64,000 nucleotides of DNA from Desulfonatronospira sp. (GCF_003553695.1 NZ_PWFB01000012.1); one strand, 5' to 3'. Positions 27,970 through 38,358 are shown, counted from the first letter of the stretch. Notes: generated by a model not told the origin, from the sequence alone. A program made the numbers and translations.

Positions 27970-28941
27970 ATGTCCAGACCCGGCTTTTACTTCTGTTTCT
28001 GCCCGGATTCGGGCCTTCTCAAAAGACAGATTCATAAGATCCTTGAACCATATGATCCCGATTCCTGGGAACTAAACACCCTGTGGAGCGATGATGAGGA
28101 CCTGGAACAGAAGTTGTGGAAATCCCTGAACATGGCCAACATGATGGGACCTTCCAGGGTGGTTGTTATCCGCAACTGCCAGGTCTTCAAAGAAGCCCAG
28201 TGGAAATCCCTGGCTCCGGCCCTCAAGGGATTCAAGTCCGGCATATGGCCTTTTATCTGCCTTGAAGGCCCCTGGGAGAAAGGCAAGCCCAAGATCCCCG
28301 CCTTCCTGGAAAAGCAGAAATTTTTCAGGGTCGCCCGGGAAAAGGGCTGGCTCTGGCATTTTCCCGGCATCACCAGGCAGAACCTGCCCAGGTACCTGGA
28401 CAAAAGAGCCCGGGAAACCGGCCTTGTATTCGATCCCGGTGTACAGGAAAAACTGGTGGATATCCTGCCCCTGCACAGTCTGGGGGTGGACCGGGAACTG
28501 GAGAAACTGCGTCTTCTGGCTCTGGACCAGAACAGGGTGACCCTGGAACACCTGGACATAGTCGAGCCCAGGGCTGATCTGGACATCTTCGCCCAGATGC
28601 AGAGTATCCAGCAGGGTAAAAACCTTGCCCGGGTATGGCAGAAATTCTTCAGGGATCAGCAATCAGGCCTGGACGGCCTCTTTCAGTTTCTAGGGCTTTT
28701 GTTGCACGAAGCCCGCATTATGTGGCATCTGGCTGCCGGGGAATAGGACAAGGTTTACCTGCATCCCGGGACAAAAAAACAAAAAATCCAGCTGGCCAGG
28801 CAGCTGGGCCCCCGGAACATCGCCCAAATCTGGGACATGATCCTTGAGGCCGAGGCCGGAGTAAAGTCAGGAACCGTCCTGCAGGACCAGGCCCTGGAAA
28901 AGCTGACTGCAGATCTTTACCGCATGTTCAGGCAAAAGTGA
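27970..28941 (+). CDS. holA: DNA polymerase III delta subunit, interrupted by an in-frame TAG at 28744-28746
   Basis: Position leuS-lptE-holA; frame after TAG reads DKVYLHPGTKKQKIQLARQLG..ILEAEAGVKSG..ALEKLTADLYRMFRQK* to TGA 28939-28941, giving 323 codons in total. Confidence 0.8.
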
Positions 28942-28969
28942 GCATTTCCTTGGCAAGTGAGTTTCCATT

Positions 28970-29650
28970 ATGGATTTCCGAAAACCGCACTATACAGGTC
29001 ATCGCCAGAGACTGAAGCAGCGTCTCTACAAGGACCCTGCCAGCCTGCAGGACTATGAAATACTGGAACTGGTCCTGGGGTACGCCCTGCCCAGAAAGGA
29101 CACCAAGCCCCTGGCCAAGGCCCTTCTTAACCGCTACCCCACCTTCAAGGACCTCCTGGCTGCAAGGCCCGGCGACCTTCAGGCTATTGACGGCATCGGT
29201 CCGGGTATTATTACATTTCTTAAGCTCTGGGGTGAATTCTGGGCCAGGACGGACAGGTCCGGACTTAGCAGCAGGAGCACCCTGGACTCGCCGGAAAAAG
29301 TCGTCCGTCTTGCCAGATCCAGGCTCCAGTTCAAGCCCGTAGAAGAATTCTGGGCCATCATGGTGGACAACAAAAACCGGCTGCTTGACTTAGAAAAAAT
29401 GAGCCGGGGAACAGTGGATCAGGCCCCGGTCTTCCCCAGGGAGATCCTGACGGTTGCCCTGGAAAAAAGAGCCAGCGGCGTGATTCTATTGCACAACCAT
29501 CCCGGCGGCGACCCGTATCCCTCTTTTCAGGACCGGGAACTGACCAGGAAAATCAAGGAAGTATCAGCGGCCCTGGGAGTAAGGCTTCTGGACCATGTGA
29601 TTATATCCGAAGACAGTTTTTTCAGTTTTCAGGAACATGGATATTTGTAA
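28970..29650 (+). CDS. radC: RadC/JAB domain protein
   Basis: GHRQRLK, YEILELVL, EEFW, VFPREI, HNHPGGDPYPSFQD, LLDHVII. Confidence 0.93.
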   Translation: MDFRKPHYTGHRQRLKQRLYKDPASLQDYEILELVLGYALPRKDTKPLAKALLNRYPTFKDLLAARPGDLQAIDGIGPGIITFLKLWGEFWARTDRSGLSSRSTLDSPEKVVRLARSRLQFKPVEEFWAIMVDNKNRLLDLEKMSRGTVDQAPVFPREILTVALEKRASGVILLHNHPGGDPYPSFQDRELTRKIKEVSAALGVRLLDHVIISEDSFFSFQEHGYL

Positions 29651-29780
29651 CAGAAGGAAAAGAACAGACCAAAGCGTGCTTAACATTTGCTAAAAATGAA
29701 GTATTGATATTCGGGTCCAGGCAGCATCCGGCTGCAGGCCCCAAAACGGTCCAACGCCAAAAACCAACAGGAGAAAACTT

Positions 29781-30050
29781 ATGAATTCCATGCAATGTAT
29801 ACTCAGCGGCAAGGTTCAAGGCGTTTTTTTCAGATCCTGGACACAGGAGCAGGCTCAGAGCCTGGGAGTAAAAGGCTGGGTCAGAAACCTGCATGACGGC
29901 CGGGTGGAAGTTCTGGCCCAGGGAGATGAGGATGCTCTGGCCGAGTTCAAGAAAAGGCTGATCCAGGGTTCTTCCATGAGTGAAGTAAAAGACATTAAAT
30001 GCCAGGATATGGAATACGACAAGACCTATTCCAAGTTCGAGATCAGGTAG
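29781..30050 (+). CDS. acyP: Acylphosphatase
   Basis: SGKVQGVFFR, GWVRNLHDGRVEV. Confidence 0.95.
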   Translation: MNSMQCILSGKVQGVFFRSWTQEQAQSLGVKGWVRNLHDGRVEVLAQGDEDALAEFKKRLIQGSSMSEVKDIKCQDMEYDKTYSKFEIR

Positions 30051-30126
30051 ACCTGCATCCTGCTCCATACTTCCATAAGCTTATCCGCATTATAGCCGGA
30101 CCAGCGCGATATTTTTTCCAACGCGC

Positions 30127-30154
30127 TTGACTAATGCCTGATACAGCTTACAAT
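30127..30154 (+). promoter_or_regulatory. Putative sigma-70 promoter of lon
   Basis: TTGACT-16 nt-TACAAT. Confidence 0.45.
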
Positions 30155-30252
30155 TGAACATCAGGCCCTGCAGAGTTCCTGCGGGGCCTGATGACTGACT
30201 TTTGCGTCCAGAAGCCGGACATCCGGCTAAATTTTTCAGGAGAAAACTTGCC

Positions 30253-32670
30253 ATGAGCGATGAAAAGATATTTTTTGCCGAACCCGGGGAGATAGTAAAC
30301 CCCGTGGAAGACCCTCCAAAGTCGGAGAGCTCGGGCCAGGAGGCGGAGCTGGAGATACCCTCCAGCCTGCCGCTTCTTCCGGTGCGAGATATTGTGGTAT
30401 TCAATTACATGATCCTTCCCCTTTTCGTGGGGCGGGACAAAAGCATCCAGGCCATTGACCACGCCCTGAACAATAACCGCTACCTGCTTATCTGCACCCA
30501 GAAGGATGAACAGGTGGAAAATCCCGGTCCTGACGACCTTTACCAGACCGGCACCGTGGTCATGATCATGCGCATGCTGAAAATGCCCGACGGCCGCCTC
30601 AAGGTTCTGGTCCAGGGCATCAACAAGGCCAGGATACGCAGGTTCGTCCAGACTGATCCCATGGACATGGTGGAAATAGACGTGATCAAGGACAAGGAAT
30701 TTACCGATCCCACTTCCGAATCCGAAGCCCTGTTACGGGCCGCCCGGGAGCAGAGCGAAAAGCTCCTGGGACTTAGAGGGGTGGATGCTTCCGAGATCAT
30801 GGCCGTTTTAAACAGTGTGGACGACCCCGGCCGTCTGGCGGATCTGGTGGCCTCCAACCTGAGGATGAAGCCTGCTGATGCTCAGCAGATCCTGGAGTGC
30901 AGCGACCCGTTGCAACGCCTGAAAATGGTCAACGAGCAGCTCGTGCGCGAGGTGGAGGTGGCCTCGATGCAGGCCAAGATCCAGAACATGGCCAAGGAGG
31001 GCATGGACAAGGCCCAGCGCGAATACTTCCTGCGGGAGCAGCTAAAAGCCATCCGCAAGGAACTGGGCGATGTCACCGAAAGCGGGGACGACATGGAGCA
31101 GCTGCGGGAGTCCCTGAAAAAGGCCAGACTTCCGGCCAAGGTGATGAAAGAGGCTGAAAAGCAGCTCCAGAGGCTGGAAAACATGCACCCCGATTCAGCC
31201 GAATCCACCGTGGCCAGGACATACCTGGAATGGCTGGTGGAAATCCCCTGGAAAAAGAAGACCAAGGACCGCCTGGATATAAAAGAGGCCCAGAAGATAT
31301 TAAACGAGGACCACTATGACCTGGAAAAGGTCAAGGAAAGGATCCTGGAGTACTTGAGCGTACGCAAACTAAACCCCAGAATGAAAGGTCCCATCCTCTG
31401 CTTTGTGGGCCCCCCCGGTGTGGGCAAGACTTCCCTGGGCCAGTCCATCGCCAGGTCCCTGAACCGCAAGTTCGTGCGCATGTCCCTGGGCGGAATGCGC
31501 GACGAGGCTGAAATTCGCGGCCACCGCAGGACCTACATCGGGTCCATGCCCGGGCGCATCATCCAGAGCATGAAGGAGGCCGGGTCCGTCAACCCGGTCT
31601 TTATGCTGGATGAAATAGAAAAGGTGGGTGCCGACTTCAGAGGGGACCCCTCATCGGCCCTGCTGGAGGTCCTGGACCCGGAGCAGAACCATTCCTTCAC
31701 CGACCACTACCTGAATGTCCCTTATGACCTGTCCAAGGTCATGTTCATCTGCACCTCCAATATCCTGGACACCATCCCCTCGGCCCTGCTGGACCGCATG
31801 GAGGTTATCCGCATTCCGGGCTATACCGAGCAGGAAAAGGTGCATATCGCCCGTAAATACCTCCTGCCCAGGCAGATCAAGGAAAGCGGGCTCAAGGAAA
31901 AGGACGTATCCTTGAGCGATGGGGTCATAAAAGAGATTATCCGCAACTATACCCGGGAGGCGGGGCTCAGGAACCTGGAGCGCGAAATAGGGGCAGTATG
32001 CCGCAAAATCGCCAGGCAGGTGGCTGAAGGCAAAAAAGGCCCCTTTCGCATCACCAGGAAAAAGGTGGACAAACTTCTGGGTGTGCCCAAATACATACTT
32101 GAGGACCGGGAAAAGGAACTGCCTGCAGGTGTGGCCATAGGACTGGCCTGGACCGCTTACGGCGGGGAGATCCTGCACGTGGAGGTAAGCCTCATGCCGG
32201 GCAAGGGCAAACTCATACTCACGGGACAGATGGGCGAGGTCATGAAGGAAAGCGCCCAGGCGGCTCTAAGCTATGCCCGCAGCCGGGCCAAAACACTCGG
32301 TCTGGACGAAGACCTCCTGGACAAACGCGACATCCACATCCATGTGCCGGCCGGGGCCACCCCCAAGGACGGTCCTTCAGCCGGGCTGACCATGGTTTCC
32401 GCGCTTGTTTCGGCCCTGCTGGACAGGCCTTTGCCCAGGGATATCGGCATGACCGGAGAGATCACTCTTCGCGGCCGGGTGCTGCCTGTGGGAGGCATAA
32501 AGGAGAAAATCCTGGCTGCAGTGGCCTCCGGAGTCAAGACGGTGATCATTCCGGACTCCAACAAGCGCGATTTCAATGAAATCCCGCCGGAGCTCAGGAA
32601 AAATATCCAGGTCAAAACCGTGGAAAATATGGACCAGATCTGGCCCATCCTGGAAATAGCCAGGGATTAG
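30253..32670 (+). CDS. lon: ATP-dependent protease La
   Basis: LPLLPVRD, GPPGVGKTS, LDEIEK, PKDGPSAG (Ser), GGIKEK (Lys); start moved to ATG 30253 behind GGAG. Confidence 0.97.
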   Translation: MSDEKIFFAEPGEIVNPVEDPPKSESSGQEAELEIPSSLPLLPVRDIVVFNYMILPLFVGRDKSIQAIDHALNNNRYLLICTQKDEQVENPGPDDLYQTGTVVMIMRMLKMPDGRLKVLVQGINKARIRRFVQTDPMDMVEIDVIKDKEFTDPTSESEALLRAAREQSEKLLGLRGVDASEIMAVLNSVDDPGRLADLVASNLRMKPADAQQILECSDPLQRLKMVNEQLVREVEVASMQAKIQNMAKEGMDKAQREYFLREQLKAIRKELGDVTESGDDMEQLRESLKKARLPAKVMKEAEKQLQRLENMHPDSAESTVARTYLEWLVEIPWKKKTKDRLDIKEAQKILNEDHYDLEKVKERILEYLSVRKLNPRMKGPILCFVGPPGVGKTSLGQSIARSLNRKFVRMSLGGMRDEAEIRGHRRTYIGSMPGRIIQSMKEAGSVNPVFMLDEIEKVGADFRGDPSSALLEVLDPEQNHSFTDHYLNVPYDLSKVMFICTSNILDTIPSALLDRMEVIRIPGYTEQEKVHIARKYLLPRQIKESGLKEKDVSLSDGVIKEIIRNYTREAGLRNLEREIGAVCRKIARQVAEGKKGPFRITRKKVDKLLGVPKYILEDREKELPAGVAIGLAWTAYGGEILHVEVSLMPGKGKLILTGQMGEVMKESAQAALSYARSRAKTLGLDEDLLDKRDIHIHVPAGATPKDGPSAGLTMVSALVSALLDRPLPRDIGMTGEITLRGRVLPVGGIKEKILAAVASGVKTVIIPDSNKRDFNEIPPELRKNIQVKTVENMDQIWPILEIARD

Positions 32671-32701
32671 AAGGCCAGGTACAGTGCCTCAGCTGGCGGG
32701 T

Positions 32702-33958
32702 TCAATCAAAATCCGCCAGCAAAGCCCCGATGTGCAGCCTTCCCAGCAGATTCTCACGCTGATAGCGGTTGCGGATCTTCCATTGCGCCTGCTGCAGCTG
32801 CTCATTGGTAATGCCGTTTCTGGTAGCGGTATAGGCCTCGATAAAAGCCGCTAAATTATCGCATACCTTGAGCAGATGTCCGTCCCTGGGATCAAATTCG
32901 TCCCGGTTGTAGTTCTGGTGCAGCTCGTCAGCATCCAGACTGAGCACCCTGCCTTTATCCACCACAGTGTTGTCGAACTCCGAATAATCCTTGTCCCCGA
33001 GGTAGTAGCGCAGCCTGGCAGTGAGTTCACTGTAGCCCGGTTCATCAAGGAGGGTGAAAACCCTCTGCTCCAGTTCCCTTTGCTCGTATTCCCGGATGAG
33101 GTCCTTTATCCTCTGCACCGACTGCTTCACCGGAGAAATAATGTCCCGGGTCAGAAGCTCCGGCAGGTCATGAATAAGCCCTGCATAAAAATTGTTCTGC
33201 CTGCGGCTGGAACAGGCCCCTACAGACAGGCTGAAAAAATAGGCCAGGCAGGCCACGATGAACATATGCCCCAGAACCGACGTCTCCGGGATTCGCGGAG
33301 TCTGGGACCACCTTTTCTGAAACCTCAGCCGGCCGCAAAGATTAACCAGGCCTCCCAGGCCGTTTCGCGAACCTCCTGCGATTTCGCGCATGCCTGTGAG
33401 ATCAAAGTGCTCTTTTAACAGCTCTTCAAAATTGGCCTCAATATCCTTTAGCTCATCATCACCGGGATTAACCCCCTTGATAAGGCCGAACTCCCAGCTG
33501 CTGGCAAAGATATGGGCGGCACTGAGGATCTTGCCCGCCAGCCCGGTGTCGTCAGGTTTTTGCAGATATGCACAAAGCCCCTGCCAGAAATGGTCCCCTA
33601 AAGGTTGAACCCGGGGCTGCAGCTGCTCCAGGACCCATTCTGTCAGCTGCTTGTAGTGCTCAGGATTGGATTTTATGCGGTAGAAAATAGGGGGCTTTAT
33701 GTCCGTAATCACCAGCCGGTAAAGATATTCATAGATTCCGCCCTGGATAACCTTCTCACCCAGGTGAAGCCTCTCATCAGCAGGCATATCCCTGGAATTG
33801 AGAAGATAAAGAATGTAAGCCACAAACATCTTGTGCGCCTGCTTATCTACCTCTATCAGTTCCACCGGGCGCAACTTGTCGTTCCAGCGCTTCATGAAAG
33901 ATCCGGAAAAGATGAGCTGCAAAAGCCCCTTGCGCACGCTGGGATATTGTTCATGCAT
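32702..33958 (-). CDS. HD domain protein with internal duplication (YfbR-like)
   Basis: C-half RW..ETSVLGH..IHDLPE..RD..DNL; N-half degenerate copy RW..QAH..YEYL..TD. Confidence 0.8.
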   Translation of the reverse strand: MHEQYPSVRKGLLQLIFSGSFMKRWNDKLRPVELIEVDKQAHKMFVAYILYLLNSRDMPADERLHLGEKVIQGGIYEYLYRLVITDIKPPIFYRIKSNPEHYKQLTEWVLEQLQPRVQPLGDHFWQGLCAYLQKPDDTGLAGKILSAAHIFASSWEFGLIKGVNPGDDELKDIEANFEELLKEHFDLTGMREIAGGSRNGLGGLVNLCGRLRFQKRWSQTPRIPETSVLGHMFIVACLAYFFSLSVGACSSRRQNNFYAGLIHDLPELLTRDIISPVKQSVQRIKDLIREYEQRELEQRVFTLLDEPGYSELTARLRYYLGDKDYSEFDNTVVDKGRVLSLDADELHQNYNRDEFDPRDGHLLKVCDNLAAFIEAYTATRNGITNEQLQQAQWKIRNRYQRENLLGRLHIGALLADFD

Positions 33959-34013
33959 ATTCGTACCTCTTAATAAGTTTCCATCCGTAAATTCCTTATT
34001 CCCGGATGAAAAC

Positions 34014-34949
34014 TCATTGGGTCTTTTTGAAAAGCCTGCGTATTCTGTCCACCAGTACTTTTTTCACAGGATATACAGAATCAAGCTGGGCTGCAAGCAT
34101 CCCTGCCAGCATCAGGGCGCACCCGGCCCAACCCCTGGGGTGTAAGGCTTCCCCCAGAATGATCATCCCGGCGAAAACTGCAAAAACCGTCTCCAGACTT
34201 AAAATCACCGCGGCATGTGTAGGGGGAGACCTTCTCTGGGCCACCACCTGCAGAGTAAAGGCCACGCCCACAGAAAGGACTCCCCCGTAAAGAATGGGTA
34301 CTGCCGCACTTCTTATCATGCTCCAGGTAAGCTCTTCCAGGGCCATTCCCATCCCAAGGCTGAGCGCCGCGCATACCCAGAACTGCAGTGCCGCCAGACG
34401 CAGGACATCCATTCTGGGGGCCAGCCATCCTATGGCCAGAACATGCAGGGCATACATGAAAGCGCAGGCCAGCACCAGGCTGTCTCCCAGACTGATGGTC
34501 AGACCGTCGGTAATGGTCAGCAGATAAAGTCCGGTGACAGCCAGAACAGCACCGATCCCGGCTCCTGCACCCGGCCTGAACCCCCACAGACAGCCTAGGA
34601 GGGGGACGATGACCACGTAAAGCCCGGTGATGAATCCGGCCTTTCCCGCAGTGGTATAAATTATGCCCACCTGCTGCAGAATGCTGGCCATAAATAAAAT
34701 TGTCCCGGATAAAAGACCGGCAAGGAGAATGGAAGGGCTCTTTTGCCCTGCCGCGCAAGGCGGCCTGAGACTACCGAAATAAAGAATCAGCGGAGTCAGG
34801 ACCATGGCCCCCAGGGCAAAGCGGATGCCGGTGTACATGAAAGGGCCCATGTGGTCCATGCCCACCTTCTGGGCCACAAAGGCGGAACCCCAGATCAGGG
34901 CTGTCAAAAGGAGCAGCAGATCGCCCCGGAGATGATTTTTCCAGGACAT
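34014..34949 (-). CDS. EamA/DMT family transporter
   Basis: About 10 hydrophobic segments, IWGSAFVAQK, GKAGFITGLYVVIVP, LSLETVFA. Confidence 0.9.
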   Translation of the reverse strand: MSWKNHLRGDLLLLLTALIWGSAFVAQKVGMDHMGPFMYTGIRFALGAMVLTPLILYFGSLRPPCAAGQKSPSILLAGLLSGTILFMASILQQVGIIYTTAGKAGFITGLYVVIVPLLGCLWGFRPGAGAGIGAVLAVTGLYLLTITDGLTISLGDSLVLACAFMYALHVLAIGWLAPRMDVLRLAALQFWVCAALSLGMGMALEELTWSMIRSAAVPILYGGVLSVGVAFTLQVVAQRRSPPTHAAVILSLETVFAVFAGMIILGEALHPRGWAGCALMLAGMLAAQLDSVYPVKKVLVDRIRRLFKKTQ

Positions 34950-34952
34950 GGA

Positions 34953-35642
34953 CTAATGCTGACCTACTTGCAGGTAGGCGTTTATGCGGTTTTCAATTCT
35001 CTTGAATATCCACAGAATGCCGTAGACCAGGACCAGGTATATTGCCGCAGCAGCCAGAAATAGTTCGTAAAAGGCAAAGCTGCGTGCGGATATTTCCCTG
35101 GCCACTCCGGTGATATCCATGACCGTGATAATGGATACCAACGAAGAGGCCTGCAGCAGGAAAATGACCTCGTTGGTGTAGGCCGGCCAGGCGATGCGCA
35201 GGGCCTTGGGAATGACAATGCGGCGGTAAAGGAGAATCCCGGACATACCGCAGGCCCTGGCCGCTTCCACCTCACCGCGGGGTACTCCCTGGATTCCGCC
35301 ACGGAAAATCTCCGCTGAATAGGCGGCAGTGTTCAGGGTAAGGGCCAGCACAGAGCAGAACCAGGGGCTTTTGAATAAATGCCATAGTCCCACCGAGTCC
35401 AGAAAGACCTGAAACTGGCCGCTTCCGTAATAAATGAGAAAAATCTGCACCAGAAGAGGGGTCCCCCGGAAATAAAAGGTAAAGGCATATACCGGCATCC
35501 ACAGGCAGCGCAGTCTGGAAACGCGCATGACCGCCAGGGGGATGGCCAGTACGAATCCCAGCAGAACACTTAAGAAAGTGATCTCCAGGGTGACCACAGC
35601 ACCGCCAAGGAGCCTGGGCAGACTTTCAATGATGATTTCCAT
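34953..35642 (-). CDS. Polar amino acid ABC permease (HisM-like)
   Basis: FRGTPLLVQ, AYSAEIFRGGI..VPRGEVEAARACGM. Confidence 0.92.
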   Translation of the reverse strand: MEIIIESLPRLLGGAVVTLEITFLSVLLGFVLAIPLAVMRVSRLRCLWMPVYAFTFYFRGTPLLVQIFLIYYGSGQFQVFLDSVGLWHLFKSPWFCSVLALTLNTAAYSAEIFRGGIQGVPRGEVEAARACGMSGILLYRRIVIPKALRIAWPAYTNEVIFLLQASSLVSIITVMDITGVAREISARSFAFYELFLAAAAIYLVLVYGILWIFKRIENRINAYLQVGQH

Positions 35643-35649
35643 GTCCGCC

Positions 35650-36369
35650 TCAGTCGGTGATTATGCCGCGGCTGGCGCGTTTTTCAGCCCATTGCTGGAC
35701 CAGGTTGGAGCCTATGGTGATAAAGAGATAAATCAGGGAAGCCGCAAAAAAGAAGGTGAATGGCTCCCGCGTGGCCCGGGCTGCAATATCTGCGTTACGC
35801 ATGAGTTCCGGCAGCTGAATAACGGAAATAAGGGCCGTGGCCTTTATCAGCACCATCCATACGTTGCCCAGACCAGGCAGGGCAAAGCGCATCATCTGAG
35901 GAAGGACCACCCTTCTGAAGGTCAGGGACCGGCTCATGCCGCAGGCCCGGGCAGCCTCCACTTGCCCCCTGGGCACGGCCAGGTAGGCACCGCGAAAGAC
36001 CTCGGTGGAAAAAGCCCCGTAAATAAAACCGATTGTGGCTACTCCGGCCACAAATGGATCAAAGGAGACGTAAACAGGCTGACCGAGCTTGGCGGTTACA
36101 TCCTGAATCAGGGTGGGCACTCCGTAATAGACCAGCAGGATAAGGATAAGTTCCGGGATCCCCCGGATAACAGTGGTGTACGTATCGGCCGCGAAACGTA
36201 CCAGAGAGGACCGTGAAAACTTGCACAGCACCCCTAAAAGCCCAAGCCCCATGGCCAGCACCATGGAACAGATCCCCACGTAAAGGGTCAGCTTGGCTCC
36301 CTGGAGCAAAAGCCAGCCGTAACCATGCAGGTCAAAAAAGGACATGGGTATTAAATCCTGAAAAAACAT
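35650..36369 (-). CDS. Polar amino acid ABC permease (HisQ-like)
   Basis: IRGIPEL, TEVFRGA..VPRGQVEAARACGM, ALPGLGN, KATAL. Confidence 0.92.
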   Translation of the reverse strand: MFFQDLIPMSFFDLHGYGWLLLQGAKLTLYVGICSMVLAMGLGLLGVLCKFSRSSLVRFAADTYTTVIRGIPELILILLVYYGVPTLIQDVTAKLGQPVYVSFDPFVAGVATIGFIYGAFSTEVFRGAYLAVPRGQVEAARACGMSRSLTFRRVVLPQMMRFALPGLGNVWMVLIKATALISVIQLPELMRNADIAARATREPFTFFFAASLIYLFITIGSNLVQQWAEKRASRGIITD

Positions 36370-36425
36370 GCCGGCACCAGAACTACCTGACTCTGGTGCC
36401 GGCCCGGAGTGATCATTTTGAGGAG

Positions 36426-37208
36426 TTATTCGTCACCGTAAACATCGAAATCAAAGTATCTGTCGTTTATTTCCTGATAAGTACCGTCTTCCCGGATATC
36501 CTGAATGGCCTGGTTGAAGGTCTCGCGCAGATCATCATCTCCCTGGCGCAGAGCAATGCCAATTCCTTCTCCGAACCACTCCTCATCTGTGTAGCTGGGT
36601 CCGACAAACTCGTAATTCTGACCTGCCTCGGAGTCCAGAAAGCCGGTCTGCAGCACCACTGCATCGGCAAAAAGCAGATCCACCCGTCCGGATACCATAT
36701 CCATGTTGGCTTCCTCCTGAGTGGCGTAGGAGCGGATAGTCAAGACATCATCAAAATTGTCATTTATAAAATTGGCGCTGACTGTGGCTCTTTGAACCCC
36801 AACTGACAGGCCCTCAAGGGCATCTTTACTGATCTCAATATCCCGGTCCTTGTGCTTAACGAACCTGGCCGGGGTCTGGTAGTATTTCTCGGTGAAGTCC
36901 ACCCTTCTTTTTCGCTCCTCTGTAATGCTCATGGAGGCTATGATGGCGTCGTAGTCCCTGGCCAGAAGGGCCGGGATAATGCCGTCCCAGCTCTGGGTCA
37001 CGAACTCGCATTCCAGGTTGGCTGCTTCACACAGGGCCTTTGCGATATCAATGTCAAAACCCTTGAGGTTGCCCTGCGCATCCATGTAGTTGAAAGGCGG
37101 ATAAGCACCCTCGGTACCGATACGCACCTTGTCCCGGGCCAGGGATGTGCCGGCCAGCAGCATGCAGCCAAGCAAGACTAAAGCCGTGATGTAAAAAATC
37201 CTTCTCAT
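36426..37208 (-). CDS. Lys/Arg/Orn/His-type ABC substrate-binding protein
   Basis: Signal peptide, GTEGAYPPF, GFDIDIA, WDGIIPAL, SMSITEER. Confidence 0.92.
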   Translation of the reverse strand: MRRIFYITALVLLGCMLLAGTSLARDKVRIGTEGAYPPFNYMDAQGNLKGFDIDIAKALCEAANLECEFVTQSWDGIIPALLARDYDAIIASMSITEERKRRVDFTEKYYQTPARFVKHKDRDIEISKDALEGLSVGVQRATVSANFINDNFDDVLTIRSYATQEEANMDMVSGRVDLLFADAVVLQTGFLDSEAGQNYEFVGPSYTDEEWFGEGIGIALRQGDDDLRETFNQAIQDIREDGTYQEINDRYFDFDVYGDE

Positions 37209-37323
37209 GTCTCCTCCTGTTTTTGATTAACATTAACCAGATTGAACACTAAAACTCGTGTACAGATCGCAAGCCCCTGTCAGAATCCGGCTGCAGCAAA
37301 AAAGATGTCTGCCTTTCAGCTCA

Positions 37324-38115
37324 TCAGAAAAACCTGGACAGAAACTTTTTGCACCTTTCCGACCGAGGAGCGGTGAATACCTGCCCCGGGGGGCCCTGCT
37401 CCTCAATGACCCCGGCATCCAGAAAAATAACCTGGGAAGATACGTCCCGGGCAAAGCTCATCTCATGTGTGGCCAGAATCATGGTCCGGCCTTCCCGGGC
37501 CAGTTCCTGCAGCACCCCGAGCACCTCGCCCACCAGTTCCGGGTCCAGGGCGGAGGTAGGTTCATCAAACAACAGGGCCTTAGGCTCCATAGCCAGGGCC
37601 CTGGCTATGGCCGCTCTCTGCTGCTGCCCCCCAGAAAGCTGGGCTGGATAATAATGCGAGCGGTCGGCTATGCCCACTTTTTCCAGATAAGCCATCCCTC
37701 TCTCCCTGGCCTCCTTTCTGGGAACCCTGAGAACATGCACCGGGGCTTCCATAACATTGTCCAGAACGCTCATGTGGGTCCAGAGATTGAAATGCTGAAA
37801 GACCATTCCCAGCCTGGTCCGGATGCGATCCACCTGTCTTTGGTCTCCTGGCACGGGTACTCCGTGTCGGTTGAGCTGCATTCGGATCTGTTCACCGCCC
37901 ACGAATATATCTCCGGATGTGGGTATTTCCAGCAGGTTGATACAGCGCAAAAGCGTACTCTTGCCGGATCCACTGGAGCCGATCATGGAGATTACGTCCC
38001 CTTCACGGGCTGTTAAGGAAACACCCTTGAGTACCTGCAGAGAACCAAAACTTTTGTGCAGGTTTCTCACGCCCAGAGCTGCCTGGGCTATTTCTGGGGA
38101 AGACTCGTTTTCCAC
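37324..38115 (-). CDS. Polar amino acid ABC ATP-binding protein (HisP-like)
   Basis: GSSGSGKST, FQHFNLW, LSGGQQQR, LFDEPTSALDPE, THEM. Confidence 0.94.
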   Translation of the reverse strand: MENESSPEIAQAALGVRNLHKSFGSLQVLKGVSLTAREGDVISMIGSSGSGKSTLLRCINLLEIPTSGDIFVGGEQIRMQLNRHGVPVPGDQRQVDRIRTRLGMVFQHFNLWTHMSVLDNVMEAPVHVLRVPRKEARERGMAYLEKVGIADRSHYYPAQLSGGQQQRAAIARALAMEPKALLFDEPTSALDPELVGEVLGVLQELAREGRTMILATHEMSFARDVSSQVIFLDAGVIEEQGPPGQVFTAPRSERCKKFLSRFF

Positions 38116-38292
38116 TTTGATCTGGTCCGGAAATGATTGGACAGGTTTAACAGGCGCTTAGAAAAAATGACTGTATGGCAGAACATACCCGGGTAGTGTC
38201 CGGATATGTTTTTTTATGTAACCCCCTGTATGTGTGTCAAGATAAACTTGCAGCACCTTAAAAACCAGGGCGGAAAATCAAAATTTTTATTG

Positions 38293-38320
38293 TTGACAGC
38301 TGCCGGGAAAATCGTCTAAT
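38293..38320 (+). promoter_or_regulatory. Putative sigma-70 promoter of rplM-rpsI
   Basis: TTGACA-16 nt-TCTAAT. Confidence 0.4.
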
Positions 38321-38358
38321 AGTTATATTTTGCCAAAACGATTATGGAGCAGGAAATA

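Noticed and set aside
32692-32720. Hairpin between lon and the HD gene as an intrinsic terminator
   Set aside because: An 8-bp stem is present, but the loop is 13 nt and there is no T tract on either strand
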